From NCBI GenBank assembly GCA_964464605.1, contig CAYXJN010000008.1:124001-188000 (forward strand): a stretch of DNA of 64,000 nucleotides, in the 5' to 3' direction. Source of the stretch: an uncultured Ignavibacteriales bacterium (GTDB taxonomy: Bacteria > Zixibacteria > MSB-5A5 > GN15 > FEB-12). This document shows positions 52,876 through 62,795 of this stretch, in pieces. The notes under the pieces are model-generated. The model saw only the letters and a program-made list of their open reading frames with translations, made no database searches and was not told the origin of the DNA. The translations under genes were made by a program, and so were the position numbers. Positions within the stretch are counted from its first letter, which is position 1. Each line of letters opens with the position of its first letter.

Positions 52876-53655
52876 TTAGAATCCCCATGACAAACCAACG
52901 GTAAGCGCAAGCGGAACGCGGACGACGTCATCGGTGATAAAAACATCGCTCTCGATGCCAATATCGGCAACGCTACGTACACCGATTTGCTTTCTCAATC
53001 CGATGCCAACGGTTCCAACAATGCCCTGACCTTTGACGTCGCTTTGTCGAACTGCGAACTCGCCGAGAAGCGTTTGCGTGAAGCTGCGCGGATAACCGAT
53101 AGGCACTGAATATCCGAGTATTCCGCCAAACGTAACCTCACGTTCCCCAGGATCAGTCGACGTTTTTATATTAGCATCGACGTTGAAGTGGATTTTATCG
53201 TACTGTCGCAATGCTTTGGTCATGATTGCGCGGACGTGCGCATCGACTCCTTTGGAATCGCGACCTGTTGGCACGCTCAGTCCAAACCGGTACGCCAACG
53301 CAGGCCTATTACCGATTTCTCGGCGTAGGGCGTGAAAAAAACTCATCTCCAAATCACTCGCATCGAATTGATCGGCATCCGTAACATAGGTAGGAGCGAG
53401 GGAAACACTCGCATCCATGTTAAGCGCGAATCCATACTTTGCTTCGAGCCGTGAGCCGAGCAAGGCCGACGTATGACGTGGAAATATAGCGCTCATGCCG
53501 ATGTCGACAGTTCGCTCATGATACGCAATGCTTGACGCATCTTCAAAGCGCAGGGGCCGTCCGTCGTCGATGTTGTTGTGGTCAGTTCCCTTGCTAAGTG
53601 CAGGTAACAAAGCAACGCCAGCCACCAAAACCACCGTTTGAATCAATCTACTCAT
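52876..53655 (-). CDS. Putative outer-membrane beta-barrel protein
   Basis: Signal peptide; DHNNIDDGRPLRFEDA; amphipathic strands; C-terminal VGLSWGF. Confidence 0.65.
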   Translation of the reverse strand: MSRLIQTVVLVAGVALLPALSKGTDHNNIDDGRPLRFEDASSIAYHERTVDIGMSAIFPRHTSALLGSRLEAKYGFALNMDASVSLAPTYVTDADQFDASDLEMSFFHALRREIGNRPALAYRFGLSVPTGRDSKGVDAHVRAIMTKALRQYDKIHFNVDANIKTSTDPGEREVTFGGILGYSVPIGYPRSFTQTLLGEFAVRQSDVKGQGIVGTVGIGLRKQIGVRSVADIGIESDVFITDDVVRVPLALTVGLSWGF

Positions 53656-55226
53656 ATGCCGCCTCCTTGCGAATCAGTTGTTGAATCATCCTCTGTCGGA
53701 TGGTATGGATTCGGACGGTTGATTTCTTGGTAAGTCTCAGGGGTTGGCTCGTTACGTTGTGACCATTCGGCGAGTGACAATGGCGCTTTCCCCTTGTACT
53801 CAGGATTGTAACTGACAAATGCAGCGAAGGCCGTTCGTGAGGTGAACGCGCGCGACCACGATGAGCATTCCGGATGGTCACCGATTTCCTCCAGAAAAAC
53901 GACACTGTCAAGATTCGCGTGCCAATACCCTTGATCGTCTGAAATCAAAACGAGGGTCGTTTCGGGATTTTCCGTCGCTGCGCGGATAATTGCCCTCCCC
54001 GGCGTTTCTGTTGCCATGTCTCGCGCGCACAGTAAGCATCGAACCATCATCGTCCAACCATTTGCGCTCACGCTGGCACCCCAAACCTTTCCATCGGGAA
54101 GTCGGACGGAGCAATGACCACACTCACTCATGTTCATCCAACCCATACCGGCCATATACATCACTTCCTCATCCGACCCTTTCATCATGCCCATGCCAGG
54201 CATGCCCATTGAATAACGATGGTCGTGCAATGTCCCTGGTTGCCCTTCCCCGGGCTTTTCGCTCTTATGGGTAGTCGAAAGCACCATCCATAAGGCGCGT
54301 TTAACCTGTTCTTCTTTTTGCTTTTCCGGAATCCAATCGCTGACGAGGATGTCATTGACCATATCGTGAAGCATGTGAAGATTGTCAAAGGCATTGGCAA
54401 TTTCAGGGAAGCGCTTCGAGAAGCGTGGGCTGCTCTCCGCCATCATCGGCATGAAATCACGATCGGTTCGATACAGTTCGATCTCATGGTAGCGCTGGCC
54501 AATGACCTCGTACTGTTCAACATGGGTATTTGTCGGCGTATGCCAGAGCATGTCATACATTGTTCCCTGCAACCAGTGGTATCCCCAAAACAGTGCATTG
54601 ACCTTTGGATACGCGTGACGGAATGCGCCGCTGAACGGCTGGCTGTCGAGAAACTCCATGTTCATTGGCAATCCGGTGATCACGAAAGGAGCGGACTCTT
54701 GGTAATACGTCCAAAGCCGTTCAATCTCAGCATCCTTCGCCGAGTCGGACATCTCTTTATTGGCCAACACATCAATCGTTTGCGCATGGAGAATATGCGC
54801 CCAATCAAAAGTTTTTTCCAGGTACCCATACAGACGCTGCATGGTCGGCGAAAGGGCGGCCTCATCTGGCATGAGTTTCGGTGGATGATTGAGTACCCAG
54901 TTGATGCGATCAAAAGTCGCATTTTCTAAGGTACTGGCTTTACCGGTCACCATGTCTTCATAAGCCATTGCATGCCCGGTCGCGACGGCGTTCAAATCGT
55001 ACGCGAGTTTAGGGATATTGTAGACATCGAAGTTGTACGAAGCTGATTTATAGAAAATGTGATCGGCGGTGCGGTTGGATATCCACTTCGGCAGATCTTT
55101 CGGTGGTGGCTCAAGCCGTTGCATCGAATCCGGCATCGTCATTGTGTGACCTCGATGCTCTTGCGCAAGCGCTGACCCTCCAATGGCCAGCGCTGCAATG
55201 ATGAGCAAAGTGTAGTGTTGTTTCAT
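53652..55226 (-). CDS. Exported His/Met-rich protein with a C-terminal CxxC..CxxC..HxxC domain
   Basis: AAGAGG RBS before MKQH; FDWAHILH and FDNLHMLHD helices; MGMPGMGMM; CGHC..RCLLC..HPEC..SRAFTSR. Confidence 0.75.
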   Translation of the reverse strand: MKQHYTLLIIAALAIGGSALAQEHRGHTMTMPDSMQRLEPPPKDLPKWISNRTADHIFYKSASYNFDVYNIPKLAYDLNAVATGHAMAYEDMVTGKASTLENATFDRINWVLNHPPKLMPDEAALSPTMQRLYGYLEKTFDWAHILHAQTIDVLANKEMSDSAKDAEIERLWTYYQESAPFVITGLPMNMEFLDSQPFSGAFRHAYPKVNALFWGYHWLQGTMYDMLWHTPTNTHVEQYEVIGQRYHEIELYRTDRDFMPMMAESSPRFSKRFPEIANAFDNLHMLHDMVNDILVSDWIPEKQKEEQVKRALWMVLSTTHKSEKPGEGQPGTLHDHRYSMGMPGMGMMKGSDEEVMYMAGMGWMNMSECGHCSVRLPDGKVWGASVSANGWTMMVRCLLCARDMATETPGRAIIRAATENPETTLVLISDDQGYWHANLDSVVFLEEIGDHPECSSWSRAFTSRTAFAAFVSYNPEYKGKAPLSLAEWSQRNEPTPETYQEINRPNPYHPTEDDSTTDSQGGGI

Positions 55227-55238
55227 GACGTACACCTC

Positions 55239-55796
55239 TTAATTCGAGTCATGATGATCTTCATGCTCTTCGTTTTCTTTGTCGGAAGCATCGGTTTTTG
55301 CTTTTTTAACTGCGTTGTCCAATTCTTCCGCCAATGTGAGCGGTTTGGCGTCCGTAATACCTTGAGCTTTCACGTAGGCGTCGAAAGCTGCGCGGGATGT
55401 AAAGGCGCGGGATTCGGCGGCACAGGTTTTGTGGCGCTTGAATGATGAGAGGAAAACTGTGCTGTCCGGGGCGCTCCACTTGCCTTCAGTACGCTTGATG
55501 ATAATAGGTGCGCCCTTAGTTTCGCTTGGTGCCTGTACCGTCAGGTCGCCTTTGAAGCGATCTTGATCGGCGAATACACAGTAGATGCAACGATATTCAA
55601 TCTTCTTGTTGCCATACACGACAATAACTTCGTTATCCTGTGTTTCAGTGTTCTGCACCAACTTCAGTTTGCAGTACGGGCAAGGTGCTTCATGAGCAAT
55701 AGCAGGTGAGAATATTGCACTGAGAGCGACGGCAACGGCAGCGATCGCTATACCGGTTGCGGCGGTCGATTTGAAAAGGGTGAATATGTTTTTCAT
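55239..55796 (-). CDS. Exported metal-binding protein (CxxC..CxxC..HxxC, NosL-like layout)
   Basis: Signal peptide; CPYC..RCIYC..HKTC..SRAFTSR; His-acidic tail. Confidence 0.75.
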   Translation of the reverse strand: MKNIFTLFKSTAATGIAIAAVAVALSAIFSPAIAHEAPCPYCKLKLVQNTETQDNEVIVVYGNKKIEYRCIYCVFADQDRFKGDLTVQAPSETKGAPIIIKRTEGKWSAPDSTVFLSSFKRHKTCAAESRAFTSRAAFDAYVKAQGITDAKPLTLAEELDNAVKKAKTDASDKENEEHEDHHDSN

Positions 55797-55830
55797 AACT
55801 ATCTCCTTAAGGAATTCAAGTTTTATACGT

Positions 55831-56244
55831 TTACAATCCGTAGATCAATTCTCCGCCGAAGTAACCAGCGAGACCTACGGCAACGGTGGCAAGTCCCAAT
55901 AGCAAAAAGTAAGGGGTAGAGGTTAGCTCGCGTTTACGTCGCCATATGGCGGTTGCGGCCATCAATACCACTGCACACGCTGCAGCAACAATGTGCACGA
56001 CAATGCCGCCGTTGAACGTGTACTCCGAGAGAAAAAATGCCGCGATTCCGGTTGGAATGACAACGATGGTCGACAGGGCACCGGCAGCAAGATTCCAGAA
56101 TGCGGCACGTCGAATGATGGCGTTTTTCTTCCACCAGCCGCACATGTCGAGCAACGCACCGAAGAGAAACAGCGCGATCGGAAAATGTATGACCACCGGG
56201 TGAAACCCGTGATCGGGAATGACGTCGGCAATCCATGCGAGCAT
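55831..56244 (-). CDS. DUF2231 membrane protein
   Basis: FHPVVIHFPIALF..VHI..GYFGGELIY; AAGGAGG RBS before MLAWIAD. Confidence 0.85.
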   Translation of the reverse strand: MLAWIADVIPDHGFHPVVIHFPIALFLFGALLDMCGWWKKNAIIRRAAFWNLAAGALSTIVVIPTGIAAFFLSEYTFNGGIVVHIVAAACAVVLMAATAIWRRKRELTSTPYFLLLGLATVAVGLAGYFGGELIYGL

Positions 56245-56390
56245 GGCTCCTCCTTCACAAGTGAACCGTTTAACAACGATTCTAACGATTATTGACTGAT
56301 CAGTGGTAATGGAGCGGACATGCTTTTCAAACAATGACCAATATCCGGCCACGTGTTAGATGGCCGTGAAAAGCATTCCAATTGGAAGAA

Positions 56391-56849
56391 TTAGACGCGG
56401 AATGAGTGAGTGACGAGAAACAGCGGATCGGCGGGAGCGCGATAATTCGCAGTAAGTAACGTATTATGGAGAACACGCACTGCTGAGTTGGTATATGTGG
56501 AAAAGAGGAAAGTTGATTCTTGGAAGTTGCGATCCGACGTTTGTGAAATATGAGTCGGTAATTCATACTTGTCGACCGTGAAGATATACCACGTCGAGCA
56601 ACAATACTCTGGTATGGTGTCGCCAGAATGCTGTGCCGGTGTATCGTCACAGTGTGTTGCCTCTTGGTTCGCTTCGGAATTATGACACGCCGACGATTGG
56701 CCATCGCACGTGGTCTGTTGTGCACATTCTGAGGGCAGGCACTGCTGTGCCACCTCGCAGGTCGCGCGTAGACCCATAAACGTGAGCAAGACGATGCCTA
56801 TTATTGCATTCTTCAGTGTATGGTGTTTTCCAAAAAACATTCTGTTCAT
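56391..56849 (-). CDS. Small exported Cys-rich protein heading the metal operon
   Basis: Signal-like N-terminus; scattered Cys, CH and CC; C-terminal RAPADPLFLVTHSFRV. Confidence 0.55.
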   Translation of the reverse strand: MNRMFFGKHHTLKNAIIGIVLLTFMGLRATCEVAQQCLPSECAQQTTCDGQSSACHNSEANQEATHCDDTPAQHSGDTIPEYCCSTWYIFTVDKYELPTHISQTSDRNFQESTFLFSTYTNSAVRVLHNTLLTANYRAPADPLFLVTHSFRV

Positions 56850-57257
56850 TACTCAACTTATACGGTTGGCAGGTCAAAACGGTTGAAAAATTGGCCTGCC
56901 TTGAATCCAAAAAAGAAACAACTGTTCAATTAAACAACAAAAAAGTCATCTATCGTTTCCGACGATGTTGCCGCAATTGCGGGGCCAAAACAACTGTTTT
57001 GTTAGCGTATTGAATAACAGCAAGTTGGGTGAATTCGCGAGGTTCCCTTCAGCGGATTTTTATAGGTTAGCGGCATGGATTTGCATTTAGTAACTACAGA
57101 TTGAGAGAGGTAACATATAAGCCACTACGTTAGCGACCTATCGTTCTGAGGAGTGAAAATCACATCAAACGGATTTGGGAGTGTGGGGTCTTGGAAGGCT
57201 CAAACCCCAAGATATTGGGGCAGGGTAGTATCACATTTCCAGAAAAGCGATATTGAA

Positions 57258-59729
57258 CTACGTGGTGAACAACCTACCAATATCACTGCTCTGTTGCATT
57301 TTCAAAGTTTTGTCGCGCGTTTCTTTAACGCTCATGTCGGCATACTCCCAGTCACTACCTACTTTTCTTGCTAAGATAAAGCGACCAAACACCCTGCCAT
57401 GTTCTTCGGCAAATTTTGCCAAACCAATTGCCTTTGGCAAAGTGTCAACATACGCATCGTTGTGTGGTTCGAGAATGTCGACTACGAAACCAGTGCCGGT
57501 TTTCCGTATAATGATGAAATCAGGAAAGAACGACTTCATAACACCGTTCATTTCATAAGGAATGCAGAATGACCAAATGCGGCGATCCATGTTGCGCAAC
57601 CAACAGAAAAAGTCATCTTTTTTCATTTCGATAGCGAGCAATCCCTCTTCCCATGTATTCAAATCAGCGTAGAATTTATGGTCGGCATCGACAAAGAGAT
57701 GTTTGTCCCACGCTGGCCCTTCCTTTTTCTCGACAATCTGGTCGGGGAATTCCCAGTCCTGTTCAGCGGGTTTACCACTGGACTGAATCAGAGCATTGAA
57801 ACGCACTCGAACTGAAGCGGAAAGTTTTTGAATTGCTGCTTTGTGTTTCTTCCACCATTTATCGAATTCCTCGCGCGCAAACTTTTCAAGCGCGGGAACG
57901 GTTTCTGACTGCCGCATAATAGCGATCATTTCCAACTTTGCTTGATTTGGTCTTTCCCTGTCGTGAAATTTTTTCCAATAGGTTCGGTGTAAACCTTCGC
58001 CTGAAGCAAGTGATCGCCCCGCCGCGTCAAAAAGCTGCTCGATGTTTTCCTCGGACAATGTGAGGCGCGTTGTCGTTGTTCCAGTGATGGTCATCGCGCT
58101 GGTTGCAACGGTCAGCGCATCTACCTCAATTTCTCCGCCCTCACGAAGGAAGTTACTCCACTCGGTAACCGTCTCGGCGTATCCGTCGCGCAACTCTTTC
58201 AGCTTCGTTTGGAAAATTTCTCGCATCTCGTCGTCGGCGTCTTGATTGAGGTTTTCGTGCATCAACAAACCTGCCAGCCTTAACGCCCGTTTTACTTCGC
58301 TCATTTTTGGAATCCGGTTCACGGCATAAGTCGGCAAAGTACCTAAATGTTCAAAGACTTTTGTCATAGCTGGATTGCGCACATACGTTTCAGCCGTAAT
58401 TTCAGCGCGAACACCCAAGCCTTCCGTCGGATTGCGCAGGCTCTCTAAAACTCTCTCAACTGCCTCTCGGTTGTAATGAGGAAGAAACAATTCAACCGTG
58501 TCAAGTACCTCGTTTGAGCCGATCCTCCGTGCCAACGGTGTGCGAACCATGCGCCCAACAAGCTGCGCTATGCTGGTAGGGTCTTCCGCTCTGCGGAAAC
58601 TCATTATCACTTCGGCACGCGGACAATCCCAACCCGTGGATAACGCCGTTTTGAACAATACCACTTTTGCGTCCGGTGTTTCCTGAATTCTCGACGCTTC
58701 CAATTTACGTACAATTTTGCCGGAAATCGAAAGGTCAACCGAATCTTGAAAACAATGAACGATTTCATTTACAGACAGTAAACCAGTTTGTCGCTCAATA
58801 ACGCGAATGACATCTTCCAACGATGTGCGGGTAAGTACTCCTTCAGTTCCATCTTCCACTTGCACCACGAGAATCGGACGAACTACTTCCTTTTCATTTT
58901 CTTTGACGCAGTAGTCTTCCCATTGCTTTGTGAAGCGTTGCCATGTCTTTGCAGCTTCTTCGAGCATCGTCAAATCTCCCGTGACATTACTGCTCGGATT
59001 GCGGACGATTATCAAATCTTTCAGTAATCCGCTTGCACGAACCTCTTCCGGGTCAATATTGATTGGCCGTTGCGTCCGGTTTGCTGTTCCAAGTAAGGCT
59101 GTGAATCGTTGTGGTGTCGCACTCATGCCCAGCACCAGCGGCACAGGTGGCAATCCGTCCAGCGCCGATCCGAGAATAAACTTTTGCATTATCGTCGTAC
59201 GATTGCGGTCGTTGGCAGTTGTGCCGCGATGTGCTTCGTCGATGATGAGTACAAAATCCTGAGACGAGCGGGTGATGGTGTTGGCAATGGTTTGCCAAAA
59301 CGTGAATTTCCTACGGTCGCCCGGCTCCTTGGTGAGTAGTTTGTCTTTACCGAGCAACTGCGTGTTTATGAAATATACATATCCGGGTTGCAAATAATCT
59401 TCATCGAAACTCTCGCTGTCAATGGTAACCATTTTGTGAAATGGTAGTTCGTCGCACGTGCTTAGCAGTTTGTTTTGGCTTTGCAGGTTTAATTCGGGCG
59501 AATCAGATAGCCAGAGAAAAACAGTGTTTGTTCGTGATAAAATTCCATCACCGCCTCCGAATGTGAAATCAATTACCTGCGCTAGTGTTATGGTCTTTCC
59601 TGATCCAGTCGGAGCCGCGAGTATGACAGCTTGCAATTTCCCCTTTGCAACAGATATACGCGCATCTTCCAGCTCGCAAATTATGTCACGAGCAGCCGTG
59701 TCTTGAAACGACTTCAGTTCCATTTTCAT
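57258..59729 (-). CDS. res: Type III restriction-like SF2 helicase/endonuclease
   Basis: APTGSGKT, IIDEAH, MSATP, TGWDCP, QLVGRMVR, C-terminal FFPDFII..ILEPH; ATGA overlap with the methyltransferase. Confidence 0.85.
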   Translation of the reverse strand: MKMELKSFQDTAARDIICELEDARISVAKGKLQAVILAAPTGSGKTITLAQVIDFTFGGGDGILSRTNTVFLWLSDSPELNLQSQNKLLSTCDELPFHKMVTIDSESFDEDYLQPGYVYFINTQLLGKDKLLTKEPGDRRKFTFWQTIANTITRSSQDFVLIIDEAHRGTTANDRNRTTIMQKFILGSALDGLPPVPLVLGMSATPQRFTALLGTANRTQRPINIDPEEVRASGLLKDLIIVRNPSSNVTGDLTMLEEAAKTWQRFTKQWEDYCVKENEKEVVRPILVVQVEDGTEGVLTRTSLEDVIRVIERQTGLLSVNEIVHCFQDSVDLSISGKIVRKLEASRIQETPDAKVVLFKTALSTGWDCPRAEVIMSFRRAEDPTSIAQLVGRMVRTPLARRIGSNEVLDTVELFLPHYNREAVERVLESLRNPTEGLGVRAEITAETYVRNPAMTKVFEHLGTLPTYAVNRIPKMSEVKRALRLAGLLMHENLNQDADDEMREIFQTKLKELRDGYAETVTEWSNFLREGGEIEVDALTVATSAMTITGTTTTRLTLSEENIEQLFDAAGRSLASGEGLHRTYWKKFHDRERPNQAKLEMIAIMRQSETVPALEKFAREEFDKWWKKHKAAIQKLSASVRVRFNALIQSSGKPAEQDWEFPDQIVEKKEGPAWDKHLFVDADHKFYADLNTWEEGLLAIEMKKDDFFCWLRNMDRRIWSFCIPYEMNGVMKSFFPDFIIIRKTGTGFVVDILEPHNDAYVDTLPKAIGLAKFAEEHGRVFGRFILARKVGSDWEYADMSVKETRDKTLKMQQSSDIGRLFTT

Positions 59730-61735
59730 GTTGTGTCACCTCGGCCCAGTGCTTCAGGCGTGTTTATTCGGAAGTTTTCAAGATAACTTTTGTAGAGCTG
59801 CGTACAGTGAAATTTTCGACCAAGTGCGCGGCGCATCAACCCAAAATTTTCTTCTGAGTCTGTTACAAGATAGATCCACTCGATGTCTTTTCGATCAATT
59901 ATGGCGTTACGAAAGGCTCGGAATTCCTTTTCCTTAATCAGAACAGCGAACGGTGCTTGTTTAGGAACGTACCATGATTGCGAACCTTTGGAGTCCTCGC
60001 GTCTGCCTCGACAACCAGACATCATCCAGAGAATCGGAAGAATTGCCTGAAACGCATCGCCGCGAGCAACTTCAGAAGGTTCAAGAAAAGCCAAACGAAA
60101 GTATTCCATGTTTTCCTCGAACCCTTCTTTTAGCTCACGACCGTTCAAGTATGTAGATGGCAAGTCTACTCCATTGTCTCGTTTGCCATTAATAACAAAT
60201 TTACAGCGAGGCCAAGTAACTGAATTTGCAATCCCATGCTCTTCAAAAGCATCTTCACCTTGAAAATGTCCGTTTGAGTTCAATTCGAGAGCCAGCTTTT
60301 CGCTGACTTCGTTATTTGTGACGAGTATGCACCTGCGTTTCCCATCATCATCTGCATTTAGCAATGCGGTTGCATGAAATGTTGTCCCTGAACCAGCAAA
60401 AAAGTCCAAAACGATACCTGCTTTTCGTTTTAGCATAACAGGCATGAGTGTCTCACAAACTGCATACACAGACTTAGGGTAAGAAAAGCCGGAAGTACCT
60501 CCGAAAATGTCTACCAGTAGTTCACTGCCATGTGTGCTTGCATCGAGAGGCGGCTTGCTCCATACTGTTTTCCATCTCTTTGATTGTTTTTCTTTGAGAG
60601 TATAATAGATCTGGATTCCATAATTTTGTCTTGCAGCGAACAACTTACCAGCCTCAAACTCCGCCTTTGCGCGTGCTGGCCCATAGTGCCAATTTCGCTC
60701 AACTCCGAGTTTATCAATCGGCCAAATCGGAATAGACGAACCGAGTTTTATCGCATTGCGTTTTTCAGTTTTAGGCAGTGGATTGCCAAAACCGGTTACT
60801 TCAAGTGTTTGTTCATTGACGTAGATAGGATAAAATTGACCCGGCCGTGCAAGTCGTAGCGAATTGTTGCCTGTACGTCGAAGGTTTCTTGTTTCGCCAC
60901 CGATGGTGGATTCAAGGGGTTGTTCATCAATAATGTCTTCACCTTGTGGCACAACAAACAGTGCGTATTCGTGACTTCGCGCAAATTCTTCTCCTTGGCG
61001 GCCACGCTTATTGTGTTCGATGACTATCGTGAAAAATTTGAATCCTTGGAATAACTCTTCAACTAAACACATCAGATGGCCAAGCTCATGGTCGTCTATG
61101 GTTATTACTAAGACCCCATCTGGCTTGAGCAGTCGCTTGCCAAACAATAATCGTTTCTTAATCATTGAGAGCCACTTCGAGTGACGAAAACTATCTGATT
61201 TATCTACATAATCGTTGTTGTATTTCCAATCACGTGCGCCCGTGTTGTAAGGTGGGTCTATATAAATAACGTCTATTTTGCCCTCGTAGCAATAAAGCAA
61301 AAGCTGAAGCGCGTGGAAGTTATCGGCGTTGATGAGCAGGTGCCAAGGTTTGTCAGCCCCGCCTCGCTCAACACGATCCACTGGTTCGAGCGCAGGAAAA
61401 ATCGGTTCTCCGAAACTCCTAACGACCACAAGGTCGTCGATATGAAACTCTTTTTGCGTTTGTTTTTGCGTTGATGAACGCTCCACTGAAACGCATATCG
61501 CCGTTTTCTTCTGGATGCTTTTAACGCGCCAGAGCTGGTTTCCAGATTCGCGCTTGAGTGCCACAAGTTCACTTGGCTTCACAGTCAAGTTTGGCAGCCG
61601 CACAGTTTCCGGCAGGTGTTCCTCAAAGACGAGCCCGAACTGCTTAGTCTTTTTTAGTGCCTTTACCTCGGCGGCGATTCCCTTGCGGAGTCGCTCGTCT
61701 GGAATTTGCGCAATCAAGTCTTCAATTTTAGCCAT
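59726..61735 (-). CDS. mod: Type III-like amino (N6-adenine) DNA methyltransferase
   Basis: IYIDPPYNTG, HSKWLSM, FSYPKS, VLDFFAGSGTT (beta-class order). Confidence 0.9.
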   Translation of the reverse strand: MAKIEDLIAQIPDERLRKGIAAEVKALKKTKQFGLVFEEHLPETVRLPNLTVKPSELVALKRESGNQLWRVKSIQKKTAICVSVERSSTQKQTQKEFHIDDLVVVRSFGEPIFPALEPVDRVERGGADKPWHLLINADNFHALQLLLYCYEGKIDVIYIDPPYNTGARDWKYNNDYVDKSDSFRHSKWLSMIKKRLLFGKRLLKPDGVLVITIDDHELGHLMCLVEELFQGFKFFTIVIEHNKRGRQGEEFARSHEYALFVVPQGEDIIDEQPLESTIGGETRNLRRTGNNSLRLARPGQFYPIYVNEQTLEVTGFGNPLPKTEKRNAIKLGSSIPIWPIDKLGVERNWHYGPARAKAEFEAGKLFAARQNYGIQIYYTLKEKQSKRWKTVWSKPPLDASTHGSELLVDIFGGTSGFSYPKSVYAVCETLMPVMLKRKAGIVLDFFAGSGTTFHATALLNADDDGKRRCILVTNNEVSEKLALELNSNGHFQGEDAFEEHGIANSVTWPRCKFVINGKRDNGVDLPSTYLNGRELKEGFEENMEYFRLAFLEPSEVARGDAFQAILPILWMMSGCRGRREDSKGSQSWYVPKQAPFAVLIKEKEFRAFRNAIIDRKDIEWIYLVTDSEENFGLMRRALGRKFHCTQLYKSYLENFRINTPEALGRGDTT

Positions 61736-62012
61736 TTATTTTCATGTACATAGTTGTCAAGGTTGTTTACGAATTGCTCAAGTGTTCCCATTGCCTGCCT
61801 TTGACTTTCGCCCGTTTGCCACGAAAATCCTCTCTCTGTTAAGCCCTGAAAGTGTAAGAATAGCTGAGAGATAGAGGAATTGTCAAGTTGAGCATTTAAG
61901 CAGAATTTGGCATCTCGATGCAATTTGTAATTGATTGTTCCGATACAATTAAGCAAAGTTTGGGAAATTAGGGTAACGGCCAGCGAGCCAATCGAGCAGG
62001 GAAGAAATTGAT

Positions 62013-62795
62013 ATGGGTCATACGTATTTGGGAGTGCTTGCAAAAACTCAACTTTGGAATGAGGTTGTTGCTCTTTTACAAAACGAGGCCGACACCGATC
62101 TAATTGCCGAAAAGAGCTTCTTAGCCATTGACCAGGGGCTTTCCAAGATTTCAGACGATGCGGGATTTACCCACGTTCTAACCAACATACTGCAATTCAT
62201 CGACCAATCAGCTTCCGGCAAGACAACCGACTTCTTCACCCAATTTGGGTTGAATGTCAGGGAAATTACATCGCCGCTACACGCGACCGCCGTGCTTAGG
62301 GAGACTTCCGACAAGGTTATTCGTCAGGCACGGTGCAAATCTGATCTGTCTGAATTGGCTCAAAACAGTTTCTCTGAAGCATTTCAAAGTCACCTTTATA
62401 ATCAACTTCCTACTCTGTTTTCAAATGCGCCGGAGCATGTTGAACGGGCTATCAAGAATGTAAGCAAAGGCAAAGAGTTTCAAGCTCTCATGCACGACTT
62501 TTATGCCGTTTTCACTCGGCGATATGTCAGTTACTACCTAAGCAGGGAGCTTTCCAATCATGTAGGAAGTGGGAAAAAGTTTCGTGATCTAAAAGAACAT
62601 TCAGATTTTTACAAAGCATTGGATCACCACATTCGACAGACGGTGCGGATTTCGGATGATTTCACCCCCGGTTGGTTCGGTAAGGCGAGATTTGAAAAAC
62701 GGGTCAGTCACGATGATGTCAAAAAGTATGCGTTTGTAGCGTTTAAGAAAATCCGTTCAGAGTTCAAACGGGGCATGGTCAGTGGCAAACAGTGA
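62013..62795 (+). CDS. Helical protein with N-terminal Met-Gly, partner of the QueC-like protein (QatB-like role)
   Basis: MGHTYLGVLAKTQLWNEVV..YYLSRELSNHVG; 3' end overlaps the QueC-like gene. Confidence 0.7.
   Translation: MGHTYLGVLAKTQLWNEVVALLQNEADTDLIAEKSFLAIDQGLSKISDDAGFTHVLTNILQFIDQSASGKTTDFFTQFGLNVREITSPLHATAVLRETSDKVIRQARCKSDLSELAQNSFSEAFQSHLYNQLPTLFSNAPEHVERAIKNVSKGKEFQALMHDFYAVFTRRYVSYYLSRELSNHVGSGKKFRDLKEHSDFYKALDHHIRQTVRISDDFTPGWFGKARFEKRVSHDDVKKYAFVAFKKIRSEFKRGMVSGKQ

Noticed and set aside
56910..57140. Two AAACAACTGTT near-palindromes and GTTAGCG motifs between the metal operon and res
   Set aside because: Short and AT-rich; no attC, IS end or res-site architecture could be supported.
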